A DNA stretch of 64,000 nucleotides from Mytilus californianus (lineage: Eukaryota). Numbering within the stretch: position 1 is the stretch's first letter; each line of letters begins with the position of its first letter. The stretch is taken from assembly GCF_021869535.1 (NCBI RefSeq), contig NW_026262581.1, positions 141,484,001 through 141,548,000 of the forward strand, written 5' to 3'. The notes under the pieces are model-generated. The model searched no databases. It saw nothing but the letters and a program-made list of their open reading frames with translations, and was not told the DNA's origin. Of the stretch, positions 1 through 13,386 are shown one piece after another. A program made the translations under genes and the position numbers.

Positions 1-1
1 G

Positions 2-257
2 GGAATATTAGTCAAGTTATTAGATAGGAATGTATCAGGAATCAATGAGACGGAGATTTTAGAACTATATAGATCCTTGCAAATGTTTGACACCTATCTC
101 CATGAGGAAAGTATAGTTTTGACAGCTTTATATGTTCCGGTATTTCTTCTCGGATTTCTTGGAAATATAATAGTTACTCTTCTGGTACTAACAAACCAAC
201 AGCTGAGAAATTCTACCAATCTATATTTGTGTAATATGGCTGTAGCAGACTTGTTCG
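2..257 (+). CDS. Class A neuropeptide-type GPCR, first coding exon variant A (N-terminus, TM1, first half of TM2); 5'-partial
   Basis: Frame is open from base 2: GILVKLLDRNVSGINETEILELYRSLQMFDTYLHEESIVLTALYVPVFLLGFLGNIIVTLLVLTNQQLRNSTNLYLCNMAVADLF. It has the TM1 GN motif, TM2 N-M-A-V-A-D-L and two N-glycosylation sequons (NVS, NET). Phase-1 donor G|GTAAG at 257/258. The start codon lies upstream of the window. Confidence 0.85.
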
Positions 258-2413
258 GTAAGGTATCGAAATTTTTTAAACTCCCTATTTTTTGTACAGC
301 TTGCTTTATGTATATGGTATTTTTGAAAATCTATCTTACAATATCCTTAGCATTGTATCCATAACCATTTTTTGTAATTGATTGCGGGCATGGCCAGTTC
401 AACAAAGCAAACTTTGGAACCTACATGATTTATCTATTACAATTTGATGAAAATTTGTTGTTCATACATTGCAAAACTGCATTAAAATATCATTGTACTG
501 GATAATATCTAGGAATCTTTGTTGCAGATTTTATTCTTTTGTATATCTTTCACTATCATTGTTTTCTTTTTTTATAGTTTGACTCTGAATGAACCTATGT
601 TGATGTTTACAAAGTTTCTAACCGTCCTAAGTAAGCTAAGTTCTTTCATTTTTAAGATAAACTGTTAAAAGTCTTCCTAAAAATAAAGTTGCAATCAATA
701 CGACGAAATATTAAAGTTTAAACAAGTCTAAAACCTGTGCTATAAATATGAGTGTAGAACAGCTTAACATTTTATCTGAAAAAATCAAAGAAATGTCACA
801 TGATACATGACTATCAATATTGTTGCTAGGAATATAACTTTCTAAACTTTAAGTTTTATAAAAAAAAAACAATCGATGTTCATGTTTACCATAGTATACT
901 AGAAGGTTAAACACTCCAAATCAATAATTATCTGAACAATACATTGTATGTGGTTAACTGATTTGAAAATGTACACCGTCTTTTGTTTCCCCCCTTTTTT
1001 GTTGCTACCAAGAACTACTAATGGCATGGTAAAAAAAAGGCTGATATGATGAAGACATTTAATATTGTCAAAGATATCCCTTTATTCTTATTACGGAAAG
1101 AAACGTTTACGTTACCCTGAAGTAAATTTCTACGTCATCAACGATGAAATATGAATTTAACTAAAAAACCGTTTTAACTTTTTATTCAACTCGAAAATCT
1201 AGTTAATATCCAATAAATCAAACATATTAAATCCTGCCACATTCTTATTCTAAGCAAGAAATATGTAGTCTAGTTGTTGTCCTTGGTTGTTGTCTGCTCG
1301 TGTTATTATGATTTTATCATACACCAGACCGTTCGTTATCAATTTTGAACTGCTTCATCATATTTACATTTAATTATCCCAGGGCCTTTAATAGATTACT
1401 ATGCGGTATTGGTTTGGGTCATTTCTGAAGTCTAAAAACACTTGTCCGCCTGCTCGTTAGTGGATATTTGCCTTGTTTATATTATTTCATATCTCCGCTC
1501 TTTTATAATGATATAAAAAACATGGAGATTTCAGCATTTATAACACTACTCATATTAAGTTTCCATATTGATTGTTGTCAGTATGACCTGTTTCATAATG
1601 CAGTTGATTGTCCAATTTTTTTACCTTGAGATTGTACTATAAGTTAGTATTTCCATTGCATTTATCCCGCATATCCATGGGAATCTTAGATGAGGTATAC
1701 CATAAAGACAAGAATGTGTACTCCATTGTAAGATATTTTCTCACAATTGATGGACATCAAAAACTAAAATCTATAACAAATGCGATGATTTCTGCTTTTT
1801 TTCATTGTCAAATTCATGCCTTGGTAGTACCAAACCCTAAATGACAGCTTATGGCGTTTATGATCCCAGTTGATAACATTCGTTTGTAATCTTTCTCGTT
1901 ATTTCGATTACTTTCACACACAAAATATTCAAACTGGGTTCGGGAAAAAACGACCGAATGGTTGTTACGGTGTCCCGTTTTCATTGATAAAAAAGGTTAA
2001 CTCAGTCATAGATACATGTCCACTATTTTCAATTTGAAAATTTTACTGTTTTTTGTTCATGCACCTTGCTTTAACACGAACTATGGATTGACGACGGATG
2101 ATACATGCACAGGGGCAGAACTTTACACTGGGGATGCAACTTTGTTGTACATATTTGAATCCTATTATTTTACTCTTTTTTCCTGTTACTGAGACGTGCA
2201 TCTACCACTTTTATGTGTCACAGGTAGATAAAAGTTGTTGAATATAGTTATAGGTATCAGTTTTAAAAATTCCAAAATGCTTTTTTTTTTCTTTATACAG
2301 ATGAACTGGTTATTGGTGATAGTTATTTATTGTTGTTGCAACTCTTATACCGCCTTGCATTTGTTTGGTTTTTTTTGGGGTTTTTCTTATGTCTTGTATC
2401 TTTGTATCTATCA

Positions 2414-4560
2414 ATATGAAGTATAGTAAACGATACCTTGAGTTTTGATATCGGCGTCTAACCTATCATGACTGGAATCCAGATGATACATGAAGTATAT
2501 TAAACGATGACTGGAGTTTTGATATCGGCCTCTAACTTATCTTCATTGGAATCCACAAAAAACATGAAGTAAAGTAAACGATGGTTGAAGTTTTGATATC
2601 GGCCTCTAACCTATCATGATTGGAATCCAAATAATACATGAGGTCTAGTGAATAATGACTGGAGTTTTGATATCGGCCACTAACCTATCCTCATTTGAAT
2701 CGAGAAAATACATGAAGTCTAGTAAACGATGACTGGAGTTTTGATATCGGCCTCTAACCTATCATCATTGAAATCCAGATAATACATGAGGTATAGTGTA
2801 CGATGACTGGAGTTTTGATATCGGCCTCTAATCTATCATGATTGGAATCCAGATAATACATGAAGTATAGTAAATGATGACTGGAGTTTTGATATCGGCC
2901 TCTAACCTATCCTCATTTAAATCCCTATAATACATGAGGTAAAGTGAACGATGACTGGAGCTTTGATATCGGCCTCTAACCTATCCTTATTTGAATCCAG
3001 ATAATACAGGAAGTCTAGTAAACGATGACTGGAGTTTTGGTATTGGCCTCTAACCTATCATGGTTCGAATCTAGATAATACATGAAGTAAAGTAAACAAT
3101 GACTGGAGTTTTGATATCGGCCTCTAACTTATCCTTATTTAAATCCAGATAATACATGAAGTAAAGTAAAGGATGGCTGGAGTTTTGATATCGGCCTCTA
3201 ACCTATCACGATTGGAATCTAGATAATATATGAGGTATAATAAACGATGCATGGAGCTTTAATATCGGCCTCTAACCTGTCCTCGTTGGAATCCCTATAA
3301 TACATGAGGTATGGTGAACGATGACTGGAGTTTTGATATCGGCCTCTAATCTATCCTCATTAGAATCCAGATAATACATGAAGTAAAGCAAACGATGACT
3401 GGATTTTTGATATCGGCTTCTAACCTATCCTAATTTGAATCGAGATAATACATGAAGTCTAGTAAACGATGACTGGAGTTTTGATATCGGCCTCTAACCT
3501 ATCATGATTGGAATCCAGATAATACATGAGGTAAAGTGTACGATGACTGGAGTTTGGATATCGGCCTCTAACCTATCCTCATTTGAATCTAGATAATACA
3601 TGAAGTCTAGTAAACGACGACTGGAGTTTTGATATTGGCCTCTAACCTATCTTCATTGGAATCCAGATAATACATGAAGTATAGTAAACGATGACTGGAG
3701 TTTTGATATCGGCCTCTAACCTATCCTCATTAGAACACCTTTAATGCATGAGGTATAGTGAACGATGACTGGAGTTTTGATATCGGCCTCTAACCTATCC
3801 TTATTTAAATCCAGATAATACATGAAGTAAAGTAAACGATGGCTGGAGTTTTGATATCGGCCTCTAACCTATCACGATTGGAATCTAGATAATATATGAG
3901 GTATAATAAACGATGCATTGAGCTTCAATATCGGCCTCTATCCTGTCCTCGTTGGAATCCCTATATTACATGAGGTATGGTGAACGATGACTGGAGTTTT
4001 GATATCGGCCTCTAATCTATCCTTATTGGAATCCAGATAATACATGGAGTAAAGTAAACGATGGCTGGAGTTTTGATATCGGCCTCTAACCTATCCTCAT
4101 TGGAATCCAGATAATACATGAGGTATAGTAAACGATGCCTGGAGTTTTGATATCGGCCTCTAACATATCATCATTTGAATCCAGATAATACATGAAGTAT
4201 AGTAAAAAATTACTGGAGTTTTGATATCGGCTTCTAACCTATCCTCATTGGAATCCAGATAATACATGAAGTAAAGTAAACGATGCCTGGAGTTTTGATA
4301 TCGGCCTCTAACCTATCCTCATTGGAATCCAGATAATACATGAAGTAAAGTAAACGATGCCTGGAGTTTTGATATCGGCCTCTAACCTATTACGATTGGA
4401 ATTCAGATGATACATGAAGTATAGTAAACGATGACTGGAGTTTTGATATCGGCCTCTAACCTATCACGATTGGAATCCAGATGATACATGAAGTATAGTA
4501 AACGATGACTTTAGTTTTGATATCGGCTTCCAACCAATCCTCATAGGAATCAAGATAATA
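2414..4560. repeat. 74-bp tandem array, ~29 copies
   Basis: Unit catgaagtatagtaaacgatgactggagttttgatatcggcctctaacctatcctcattggaatccagataata; period 74 from gatatcggcc at 2521 and 2595. Confidence 0.95.
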
Positions 4561-6360
4561 AGCTTAGCGGCAAACACCTTCTTATTTTGTTTCTATAAAG
4601 ATAACAGGAAACCGAAACCTTCTCAATGATTTAAGTCTATTTTATTAAATCATCAGATTACTTTTGTTATATATTACTATGTTTATAGAAGAGCGCTTAT
4701 TTAAGGCACTCTTTCTATGAATTCTGGTATAATAAGCCTACGCAGGTCTATAGATATATCTGCTCATTCTAACGGGATGATGCATTGTTTATGCTTTTAA
4801 AACGTCTAACGTTTGATAATAGAATGCTATGAATAATTTATCTATATACATATATTAGACGAGCACACGTTGATGAGATATGTTGAATGTTGGTGTTTAA
4901 AGCCACCTACGGCACTTTTGTCTTTATCGTGAGGATCAGTTTGTTTATTTGTGGATAGTGTCTTACATTTTCAACATTGAATGTCGAAACACAAATTTCA
5001 ATTATTGAAAAATATATTCCACTAACCGAGTTTCTGTGTCACGACCTACATGTTGCTTTTCTATGTAAAATAGAAAACATAAGGTGCAATATGAAAACAT
5101 GTTTTATGATCTAAAAAAGCTATCAAAATTGAAAGACTTATTCAATATAGATAGATGATAAAGTATCTGCCAATAAGTTAGTAGATTTACTTTTATCCAG
5201 TTAGTAAGTCTAGACTTTTGTTAAATCCTTTATTTTTCAGCTGTTACAAAGTCCTTTCCATTATAGCATGAGACATTCAGGTTAATCACGTGATAACTAC
5301 ATGGTCAATAACCATATCAATAATATTACGTTCCCCCTTTTTTACAACATTCTATTTTTTACAATAATAGAGTTGCACTATTGTCTCATTGGCTACCTTC
5401 ATTATAACATTTCTTGTCCTGTATTGATCAGTGGTTACGGAAGCAATTGCTTTCGGTTGAATAACTATTGTCCGGTTAACTTTTTTTCAAATTCTTCCCA
5501 AGAAACCAACTCCAGTTTATTGTATAGGATTTGCTATTTACAAGATATTGACTTATTTAGTTGACAATTTGTTTATGATCTCTGTTGGGGGTCTTCATTT
5601 CTGTATTCTTTATTTATTTGACCTACATAAGTATTTTTCTTGATTTTGTATTATGTTGTTCATTATTCTTTACTGTTTATATCTTAGCAGACCAGCATCA
5701 TCTATCATTCTTTTTTGGGGCCCGCTGTCTATAATGTGTGATAGATTATTCTCTATTTTGTACGCCCAATCTAGACCTGCATATTTTCAAACATAGTTTT
5801 TTCTCCAGTTTATTTTTACTTATTAGATAAATTGGTATAAATTTTTTCATTCAATTTAATTTATAATGGTTGAAGACAAGTACGTATTTATAACTGTACA
5901 CGGTATTTTATTGATTCTCAAAACAAAATTTATTCCAAATATCCAAAATTAATATTTACATTCCAAAAACTCTCAATATCATCAACTTATTGTCAATACT
6001 GTTTTCCAGTTTGAGGCATGCAATCTTTGTAATACGATCTTTGTATATCTGAAATTGTACAATTTAACATAGTAAGCAATGGGACGATGAATAAGTGGGT
6101 TTTCTTCAAAACATTGATTACTCTGTTCACATCTTTGACCACTGGTCGTTATGGGTGAGTCTTATTGGCAATCAAACCACGTCTCCTTATTTTCTTACAC
6201 AAAACACTAAATGGTTGATGGGTTAAATACACACTTTCATTATAATACAAGCATTAGTAAACCAATTTACATCTGAAACGGTCATTTTGATCTAAACAGC
6301 TCTTAAAAGACTGAACGAATAATTGTTAAGTCATTTTCAACTTTAAAGACAATGTTCAGA

Positions 6361-6655
6361 CTTATTCACTGCGGTAAATTCAGTACTATTTAGACAGTTC
6401 GCTTGCAATCAGTTAAGATCTGTTTAGTCTATGTTCAGACTGTTCAGTAGTTATCAGTTACATGTACACATCAATCCTATACTGAACTGCCTGAAAAGCT
6501 AGTGAATAGTACTGAATTGACTGCAAGTGAATTCTCTGAACAGTACTGAATTGACTGCAAGTGAATTTGTGAACAGGTCTGAATTGACTGCAAGTGAATT
6601 GTCTGAACAGTACTGAATTAACTGCAAGTGAATTGTCTGAACAGTACTGAATTAC
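6361..6655. repeat. Imperfect foldback (~90-bp arms) whose right arm continues as a 34-bp tandem repeat (~4 copies)
   Basis: Reverse complement of 6361-6450 aligns with 6478 onward. Unit agtactgaattgactgcaagtgaattgtctgaac recurs at 6508 and 6542. Confidence 0.7.
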
Positions 6656-6771
6656 CATAATGGATTCATCTACAAACTGACTGGAAGACTGAACATGACT
6701 GAATAATTTATTTATTCAGAACTTTCAGATGGTGTTTAATTCCAACTGACCGTTAAACTTAAATTGTTAGT

Positions 6772-7843
6772 GAAGGTACCATTAGATAAACATATCGTGC
6801 TCCATATGTATCCCCTTGCTCCTAAACTCGGTGAAGGTGTCACTAGATATAAACATATCGTGCTCCATATGTATCTCCTTGCTCCTAAACTCGGTGAAGG
6901 TGTCATTAGATATAAACAAATCGTGATCCATATGTATCCCCTTGCTCCTAAACTCGGTGAAGGTATCATTAGATATAAACAAATCGTGCTCCATATGTAT
7001 CCCCTTGCTCCTAAACTCGGTGAAGTTATCATTAGATATAAACAAATCGTGCTCCATATGTATCCCCTTGCTCCTAAACTCGGTGAAGGTGTCATTAGAT
7101 ATAAACATATCGTGCTCCATATGTATCCCCTTGCTCCTAAACTCGGTGAAGGTATCATTAGATATAAACAAATCGTGCTCCATATGTATCCCCTTGCTCC
7201 TAAACTCGGTGACGGTATCATTAGATATAAACAAATCGTGCTCCATATGTATCCCCTTGCTCCTAAACTCGGTGAAGGTGTCATTAGATATAAACAAATC
7301 GTGCTCCATATGTATCCCCTTGCTCCTAAACTCGGTGAAGGTGTCATTAGATATAAACAAATCGTGCTCCATATGTATCCCCTTGCTCCTAAACTCGGTG
7401 AAGGTGTCATTAGATATAAACAAATCGTGCTCCTTATGTATCCCCTTGCTCCTAAACTCGGTGAAGGTGTCATTAGATATAAACAAATCGTGCTCCATAT
7501 GTATCCCCTTGCTCCTAAACTCGGTGAAGGTGTCATTAGATATAAACAAATCGTGCTCCATATGTATCCCCTTGCTCCTAAACTCGGTGAAGGTATCATT
7601 AGATATAAACAAATCGTGCTCCATATGTATCCCCTTGCTCCTAAACTCGGTGAAGGTGTCATTAGATATAAACAAATCGTGCTCCATATGTATCCTCTTG
7701 CTTCTTAACTCGGTGAAGGTGTCATTAGATATAAACAAATCGTGCTCCATATGTATCCTCTTGCTCCTAAACTCGGTGAAGGTGTCATTAGATATAAACA
7801 AATCGTGCTCCATATGTATCCCCTTGCTGCTAAACTCGGTGAA
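6772..7843. repeat. 63-bp tandem array, 17 highly homogeneous copies
   Basis: Unit ttagatataaacaaatcgtgctccatatgtatccccttgctcctaaactcggtgaaggtgtca; explains the four overlapping 21-aa-periodic ORFs. Confidence 0.97.
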
Positions 7844-8951
7844 TATTGGTAACAAGGGTGCTATCTAATTAAACAAATTAAATATATAAATCAACAAATT
7901 GGTATAAATCTAAAAGAGAAGACTCTGACGCAACTGCAACGCGGCAATAAAAACATTGAAATAAAACATTTTTCCTATACTTGTTGTCAGGAAACAGCTA
8001 CCAGCTAAAAAGTTAATAACTTCTCTCGCTTGCTAACATTTTATTAAAATTCGGTGCATCATCAATACCAATAAAGGAAAACTTGAATGATTTTAAAAGC
8101 TACTGACCATTTGACATTTTGAATTTCATTTAGTCTTTGATCAATGTTGACGTTTTAATGGATATATAAACGTTAACAGAGTTCTTCTCCTAAAACGTAC
8201 AATTTAACAGATTAACTTTTGTTTTAACATGCACTGTATTGTTGAAATAAAGAAGTCAGTACAGTTTCACGCATAGATAATCGTCATTGAAGAGATGAGG
8301 TATATGTGACGTAGGTTAGAAATGCATTGAAGTTCGTACATTATTCGTTTTGTGTTACATGAATCAAAGCATGACGTGCACTCTCTTCTTTAAAGACATC
8401 AAGCCTTTAACGATATTTAACAAGTGTTTGTAAAATATGTCAATATGTTAATGACATACGAATATATGTTTATTTCTGGGAGATTTTTTTTCAACATTTT
8501 TGTGTTGTTTTTGTGATGTTTGCTTGCTGCCTTATTGACGTTTAATTCATATCTCTTTTATTAAAATTGAATACAACTACATTTAACAAGTTAGAAAATG
8601 AACTTTCTCATAAAGTTTAATCCTGCTACATTCTTGTATTCATTCATTGGTTGTCATTGGTTGCTGTCTGCCATAATTGTTTTTCATTTAATGTTTTTAC
8701 ATGAATTAGTCCTCTGGTTTTTCGATTGAATTGTTGTATAGGGTTAGTGACGTTACATACGTTAACCCGGCCTAAATAACTTTGACCCGGACATATCACC
8801 GACATCATAATGAATGAACCGACATTCATTAGTTAGACCCGAACTTATTAAGTCATCTTCCGATTTGCTGTTGAAACAAAAATAAAATAACTTGTTTCTA
8901 TCATGCAACATATATAAATGCAATCCAATAAATCAATTCTCAAATTTTCAT

Positions 8952-9076
8952 CATATCTATTTGTAAAATATCAGTTGCTCAACACAATATGAAGCCTTTT
9001 GGACTAGTTCGTTGCGCTCATTCGACAAAAGGCTTCAAATTGTGACTCGCAGCTGATATTTTACAATATCAATATG
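8952..9076. repeat. Palindromic (hairpin) element with CpG-rich apex
   Basis: ttgtaaaatatcagttgc pairs with gcagctgatattttacaa; cacaatatgaagcctttt pairs with aaaaggcttcaaattgtg; loop gactagttcgttgcgctcattcgac. Confidence 0.8.
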
Positions 9077-9086
9077 CAGACAACCT

Positions 9087-9467
9087 GATAATCGGTACCT
9101 ATCATGAAGATAATCGGTAACTATCATGAAGATAATCGGTAATTATCATGAAGATAATCGGTAATTATCATGCAGATAATCGGTAACTATCATGAAGATA
9201 ATCTGTACCTATCATGAAGATAATCGGTAACTATCATGAAGATAATCGGTAACTATCATGAAGATAATCGGTACCTATCATGAAGATAATCGGTAACTAT
9301 CATGAAGATAATCGGTACCTATCATGAAGATAATCGGTACCTATCATGAAGATTATCGGTAACTATCATGAAGATAATCGGTACCTATCATGAAGATAAT
9401 CGGTACCTATCATGAAGATAATCGGTAATTATCATGAAGATAATCGGTACCTATCATGCAGATAATC
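9087..9467. repeat. 22-bp tandem array, ~17 copies
   Basis: Unit gataatcggt(ac/aa)ctatcatgaa; starts at 9109 and 9131 give period 22. Confidence 0.95.
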
Positions 9468-9739
9468 AAACAACGTCATCAATATCTTTGTATAGAGAAC
9501 ATGGCTTAATGTACAACTTATGTAATTCAAAACAAGAACTCGGGTTGAACTTTGAAATTTGGTATTGTACGCTAAGCATAACATTTTCCTCTATGAATAA
9601 ACGCTCTTGAACTGTAATGCACACCATCAATATACACCCTGAACACATGGACATGGTTTAGTGCAGCCAAACAGATTCCATGTGTGTCGTTTTTTAATTA
9701 AAGTTTAAATAAAGAACATGACCTTCATAGTAAAATGAC

Positions 9740-10260
9740 AAGAAGTTACCAATGGGGCAATGCAAATTACAACAGATCAGTAGATGAAAATACCAAGGTG
9801 TCAATTAGAATAAAGGGGGAATAGAAATATAAAGGTGGAAATAAAAACACCAATAGGCCAATAGAAAAAAAATACCCATAGATCAAATAAAATACCAAGA
9901 TAGCAATGCAAATATTATGTGGGCAATAAAAATACCAAGGTTAAAAAAATGCCAAGTATGCAATAAAAATACCCAGCGGGCAATATAATTGAGGAGGGGC
10001 AATAAAAAATACTATGGCGGAAATGAAATTTATAAAGAGCAATAAAAATACCAAATACCCAGAAGACAATAAAAATACAAATGGCAATTACAAATACCAA
10101 GGTTAAAATGAAAATACTAAGACAGTAATATTACTACCCAGAGACCAATGAAAATGCAAAGGGAGCATTAAAAATACCAAGAAGGAAATACCAAGGGAGC
10201 AATAAAAATAAAAAGAGTGAAACAAAAACTCTTATCTGAAGAAAGACAGACAATAATGGG
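9740..10260. repeat. Degenerate A-rich repeat built on gcaataaaaatacc
   Basis: Recurrent aataaaaatacc / aaataccaag words without a fixed period. Confidence 0.55.
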
Positions 10261-10622
10261 AACAAAAGTAAAAATCCGATATTAAGTTGCATTTTGTGAT
10301 AAGACATAAACGAGGTAAGGGGAAAATATCGCCGATAACTATAAATATATTTCACATAAGTGATGCAAAAATTCCTAGACAGAACAGGGAAGTTTGCTGA
10401 AAAAATGTAGTATGTAATACAATACGTTCACTAAAAGAAAAGATCAGATTCAAAGCTTTTATCTATAACCTAATAAACGTTCTGATAGATTCCCTTTGTG
10501 TACAAGATATGATGAATATGATTTCACTAAGCTAATAAAGTAACCTAATTTACATTTTCTTTTCAACATGAAATGAGATTATAGGTAGGTCAAAATGACG
10601 ACCCATTGTGAATTACAAAGTT

Positions 10623-12575
10623 TCTACTTCCCAACAGTAAATATAAAGTTGTTTTCCTTGTAATGTTATACATACCCTCTTGTTAGATTTAAGCGACAGT
10701 ACAGTGGTGATCTAGTTTCATCAGTGTGAGCGTTCCTGTGTCAGACAAAGTGCTGATCTAGTGTCATCAGTGTAAAAGGTCCCGTGTCGGACAGCGTGCT
10801 GATCTAGTGCCATCAGTGTGAGAGTTTCTGTGTTGGACAGAGTACTGATCTTGTGCCATCAGTGTGAGAGTTCCTGTGTCATACAAAGTGGTGATCTAGT
10901 GTCATCAGTGTAAAAGTCCCGTGTCGGACAGAGTACTGATCTAGTGCCATCAGTGTGAGAGTTCCTGTGTCAGACAAAGTGCTGATCTAGTGTCATCAGT
11001 GTAAAAGGTCCCGTGTCGGACAGCGTGCTGATCTAGTGCCATCAGTGTGAGAGTTCCTGTGTCAGACAAAGTGCTGATCTAGTGTCATCAGTGTAAAAGG
11101 TCCCGTGTCGGACAGCGTGCTGATCTAGTGCCATCAATGTGAGAGTTTCTGTGTTGGACAGAGTACTGATCTTGTGCCATCATTGTGAGAGTTCCTGTGT
11201 CATACAAAGTGGTGATCTAGTGTCATCAGTGTAAAAGTCCCGTGTCGGACATAGTGGTGATCTAGTGCCATCAGTGTGAGAGTTCCTGTGTCAGACAAAG
11301 TGGTGATCTAGTGTCATCAGTGTAAGAGTTTCTGTGTGGGACAGAGTGGTGATCTAGTGCCATCAGTTTGAGAGTTCCTGTGTCAGACAAAGTGGTGATT
11401 TAGTGTCATCAGTGTAAAAGGTCCCGTATCGGACAGAGTGTTGATCTAGCGCCATCTACTTCCCAACAGTAAATATAAAGTTATCATTGTTTTCCTTGTA
11501 ATGTTTTACATACCTCTTGTTAGATTTAGGCAACAGTAGAGTGGTTATCTAGTGCCATCAGTGTGAGAGTTCCTGTGTCAGACAAAGTGGTGATCTAGTT
11601 TCATCAGTGTAAAATGTCACGTATCGGACAGAGTGCTGATCTAGCGTCATCAGTGTGAGCGTTCCTGTTTAAGACAAAGTGGTGATATAGTGTCATCAGT
11701 GTAAAAAATCCAATGTCGGACAGCGTGCTGATTTAGTGCCATCAGTGTGAGAGTTCCTGTGTCAAACAAAGTGTAGATCTAGTGTCATCAGTGTAAAAGG
11801 TCCCGTGTCGGACAGAGTGCTGATCTAGCGCCATCAGTGTGACAGTTCCTGTGTCAGACAAAGTGGTGATCTAGTTTTATCAGTGTAAAAGGTCCCGTAT
11901 CGGACAGAGTAGTGATCTAGTGCCATCATTGTGAGAGAATCTGTATGGGACAGAGTGGTGATCTAGTGTCATCAGTGTAAAAGGTCCCGTATCGGACAGA
12001 GTGGTGATATAATGCCATCATTGGGAGAAAATCTGTGTGGGACAGAGTGGTGATATAATGTCATCGGTGTGAGAGTTCCTGTGTCAGACAGAGTGGTGAT
12101 CTAAATTCATCAGTAAGAACTATCGTGTCCGACAGAGTAGTGATCTAGTGTCACTAGTGTGAGCGTTCTTGTGTCAGACAGAGTTATGTTCTAGTGTCAC
12201 CAGTGTGAGCGTTCTTGTGTCAGACAGAGTGATGATCTAGTGTCACTAGTGTGAGCGTTCTTGTGTCAGACAGAGTAGTGATCTAGTGTCACTAGTTTGA
12301 GCGTTCTTGTGTTAGACAGAGTGATGTTCTAGTGTCAACAGTGTAAGCATTCTTGTGTCAGACAAAGTGATGATCTAGTATCACTAGTGTGAGCGTTCTT
12401 GTGTTAGACAGAGTGATGAGCTAGTGTCACTAGTGTGAGCGTTCTTGTGTCAGACAGAGTGATGATCAAGTGTCACTATTATGAGAGTTCCTGTGTCAGA
12501 CAGAGTGGTAATCTAGTATAACTAGTGTGAGTGTTCTTGTGTCAGAAAGAGTGGTGAGCAAGTGTCACCAGTGTG
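10623..12575. repeat. 46-bp tandem array in two blocks, each preceded by the same ~85-bp unique leader
   Basis: gatctag recurs at 10755, 10801 and 10847. Leader tctacttcccaacagtaaatataaagtt...ttgttagattt occurs at 10623 and 11455. Confidence 0.93.
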
Positions 12576-13133
12576 AAAGTTTCTTGATATACAAATGATA
12601 TATACAGTAGAAAGATGTGTCCATGGCTTCTATACAGTGATACAATATAACATTGAAGAATTACTTGTAATCGTAGATTACCTCCTCGAGTCTGTTTTAC
12701 AAGCCTGATCTTTCCAAGAATACTGTCTGAATTTTGATAAATGAATTGTTTAACTTCTCCAGACTTTATTTTAAACAAATCTTCTGACACTAGTCTTCGC
12801 ATTTATATGTTGAATTAGTCATCTAAAAAATAAATTGCACGACAGTACGACGTTTATGCAATATCGTTGCTTTTAATAATCTCCGCGTTGTTTTTCAACC
12901 TGGAATTTGCTTTTTGTGAACATGAGTTGATTGAAGGTTATAGAATGCAGTTAGCGTACCAGATAATTAGTGATTAACTATTTACAATAAATTAAATTAC
13001 ATCATTGGATACTAATAACTATACGAGTGAAGCGCTAGTTCTATTGGTAAAAATGAAAATGGGTTCTGAAGCAATATGTGAAAAATAATGTCTTTAGTAA
13101 AATAATGTTTATATGTGAGACGGTTGTAAAAGA

Positions 13134-13386
13134 ATGGAAAGAACAGAATTTTCAGTTTTATCGCCATTAAATATGTCTAATGCAACTGAAATATTCACTT
13201 TGTTGGATGAAATGTTTGCCGTCGATTTGAGTTATATCAATGTTATTTTGGCAATTTTATATGTTCCTGTATTTCTTCTTGGATTTGTTGGAAATATTAT
13301 AGTTGTATTACTTGTGTTTGTGTATCAACCACTGAGGAATTCTGCCAATTATTATCTGTGTAACATGGCTGTCAGCGATCTTTGTT
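13134..13386 (+). CDS. Class A neuropeptide-type GPCR, first coding exon variant B (N-terminus, TM1, first half of TM2)
   Basis: ATG at 13134; MERTEFSVLSPLNMSNATEIFTLLDEMFAVDLSYINVILAILYVPVFLLGFVGNIIVVLLVFVYQPLRNSANYYLCNMAVSDLC; sequons NMS and NAT; phase-1 donor T|GTAAGT at 13386/13387. With exons 2 and 3 the CDS is 253+96+1196=1545 nt (514 aa). Confidence 0.9.

Noticed and set aside
258-364. C-terminal part of ORF 77-364 (and 13387-13409 of ORF 13134-13409)
   Set aside because: This is intronic read-through past GTAAG donors; GPCR homology stops at the donor.
5241-5280. Possible 40-nt exon (tttatttttcag|...cag|gttaat)
   Set aside because: It has no similarity to GPCR exon 2, the length would shift the frame, and the donor is weak; it cannot be supported without transcripts.
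2-13386. Exon 1A/1B as an allelic or haplotype assembly duplication
   Set aside because: About 28% amino-acid divergence, many synonymous differences and no visible similarity in the flanking introns are far beyond allelic variation.
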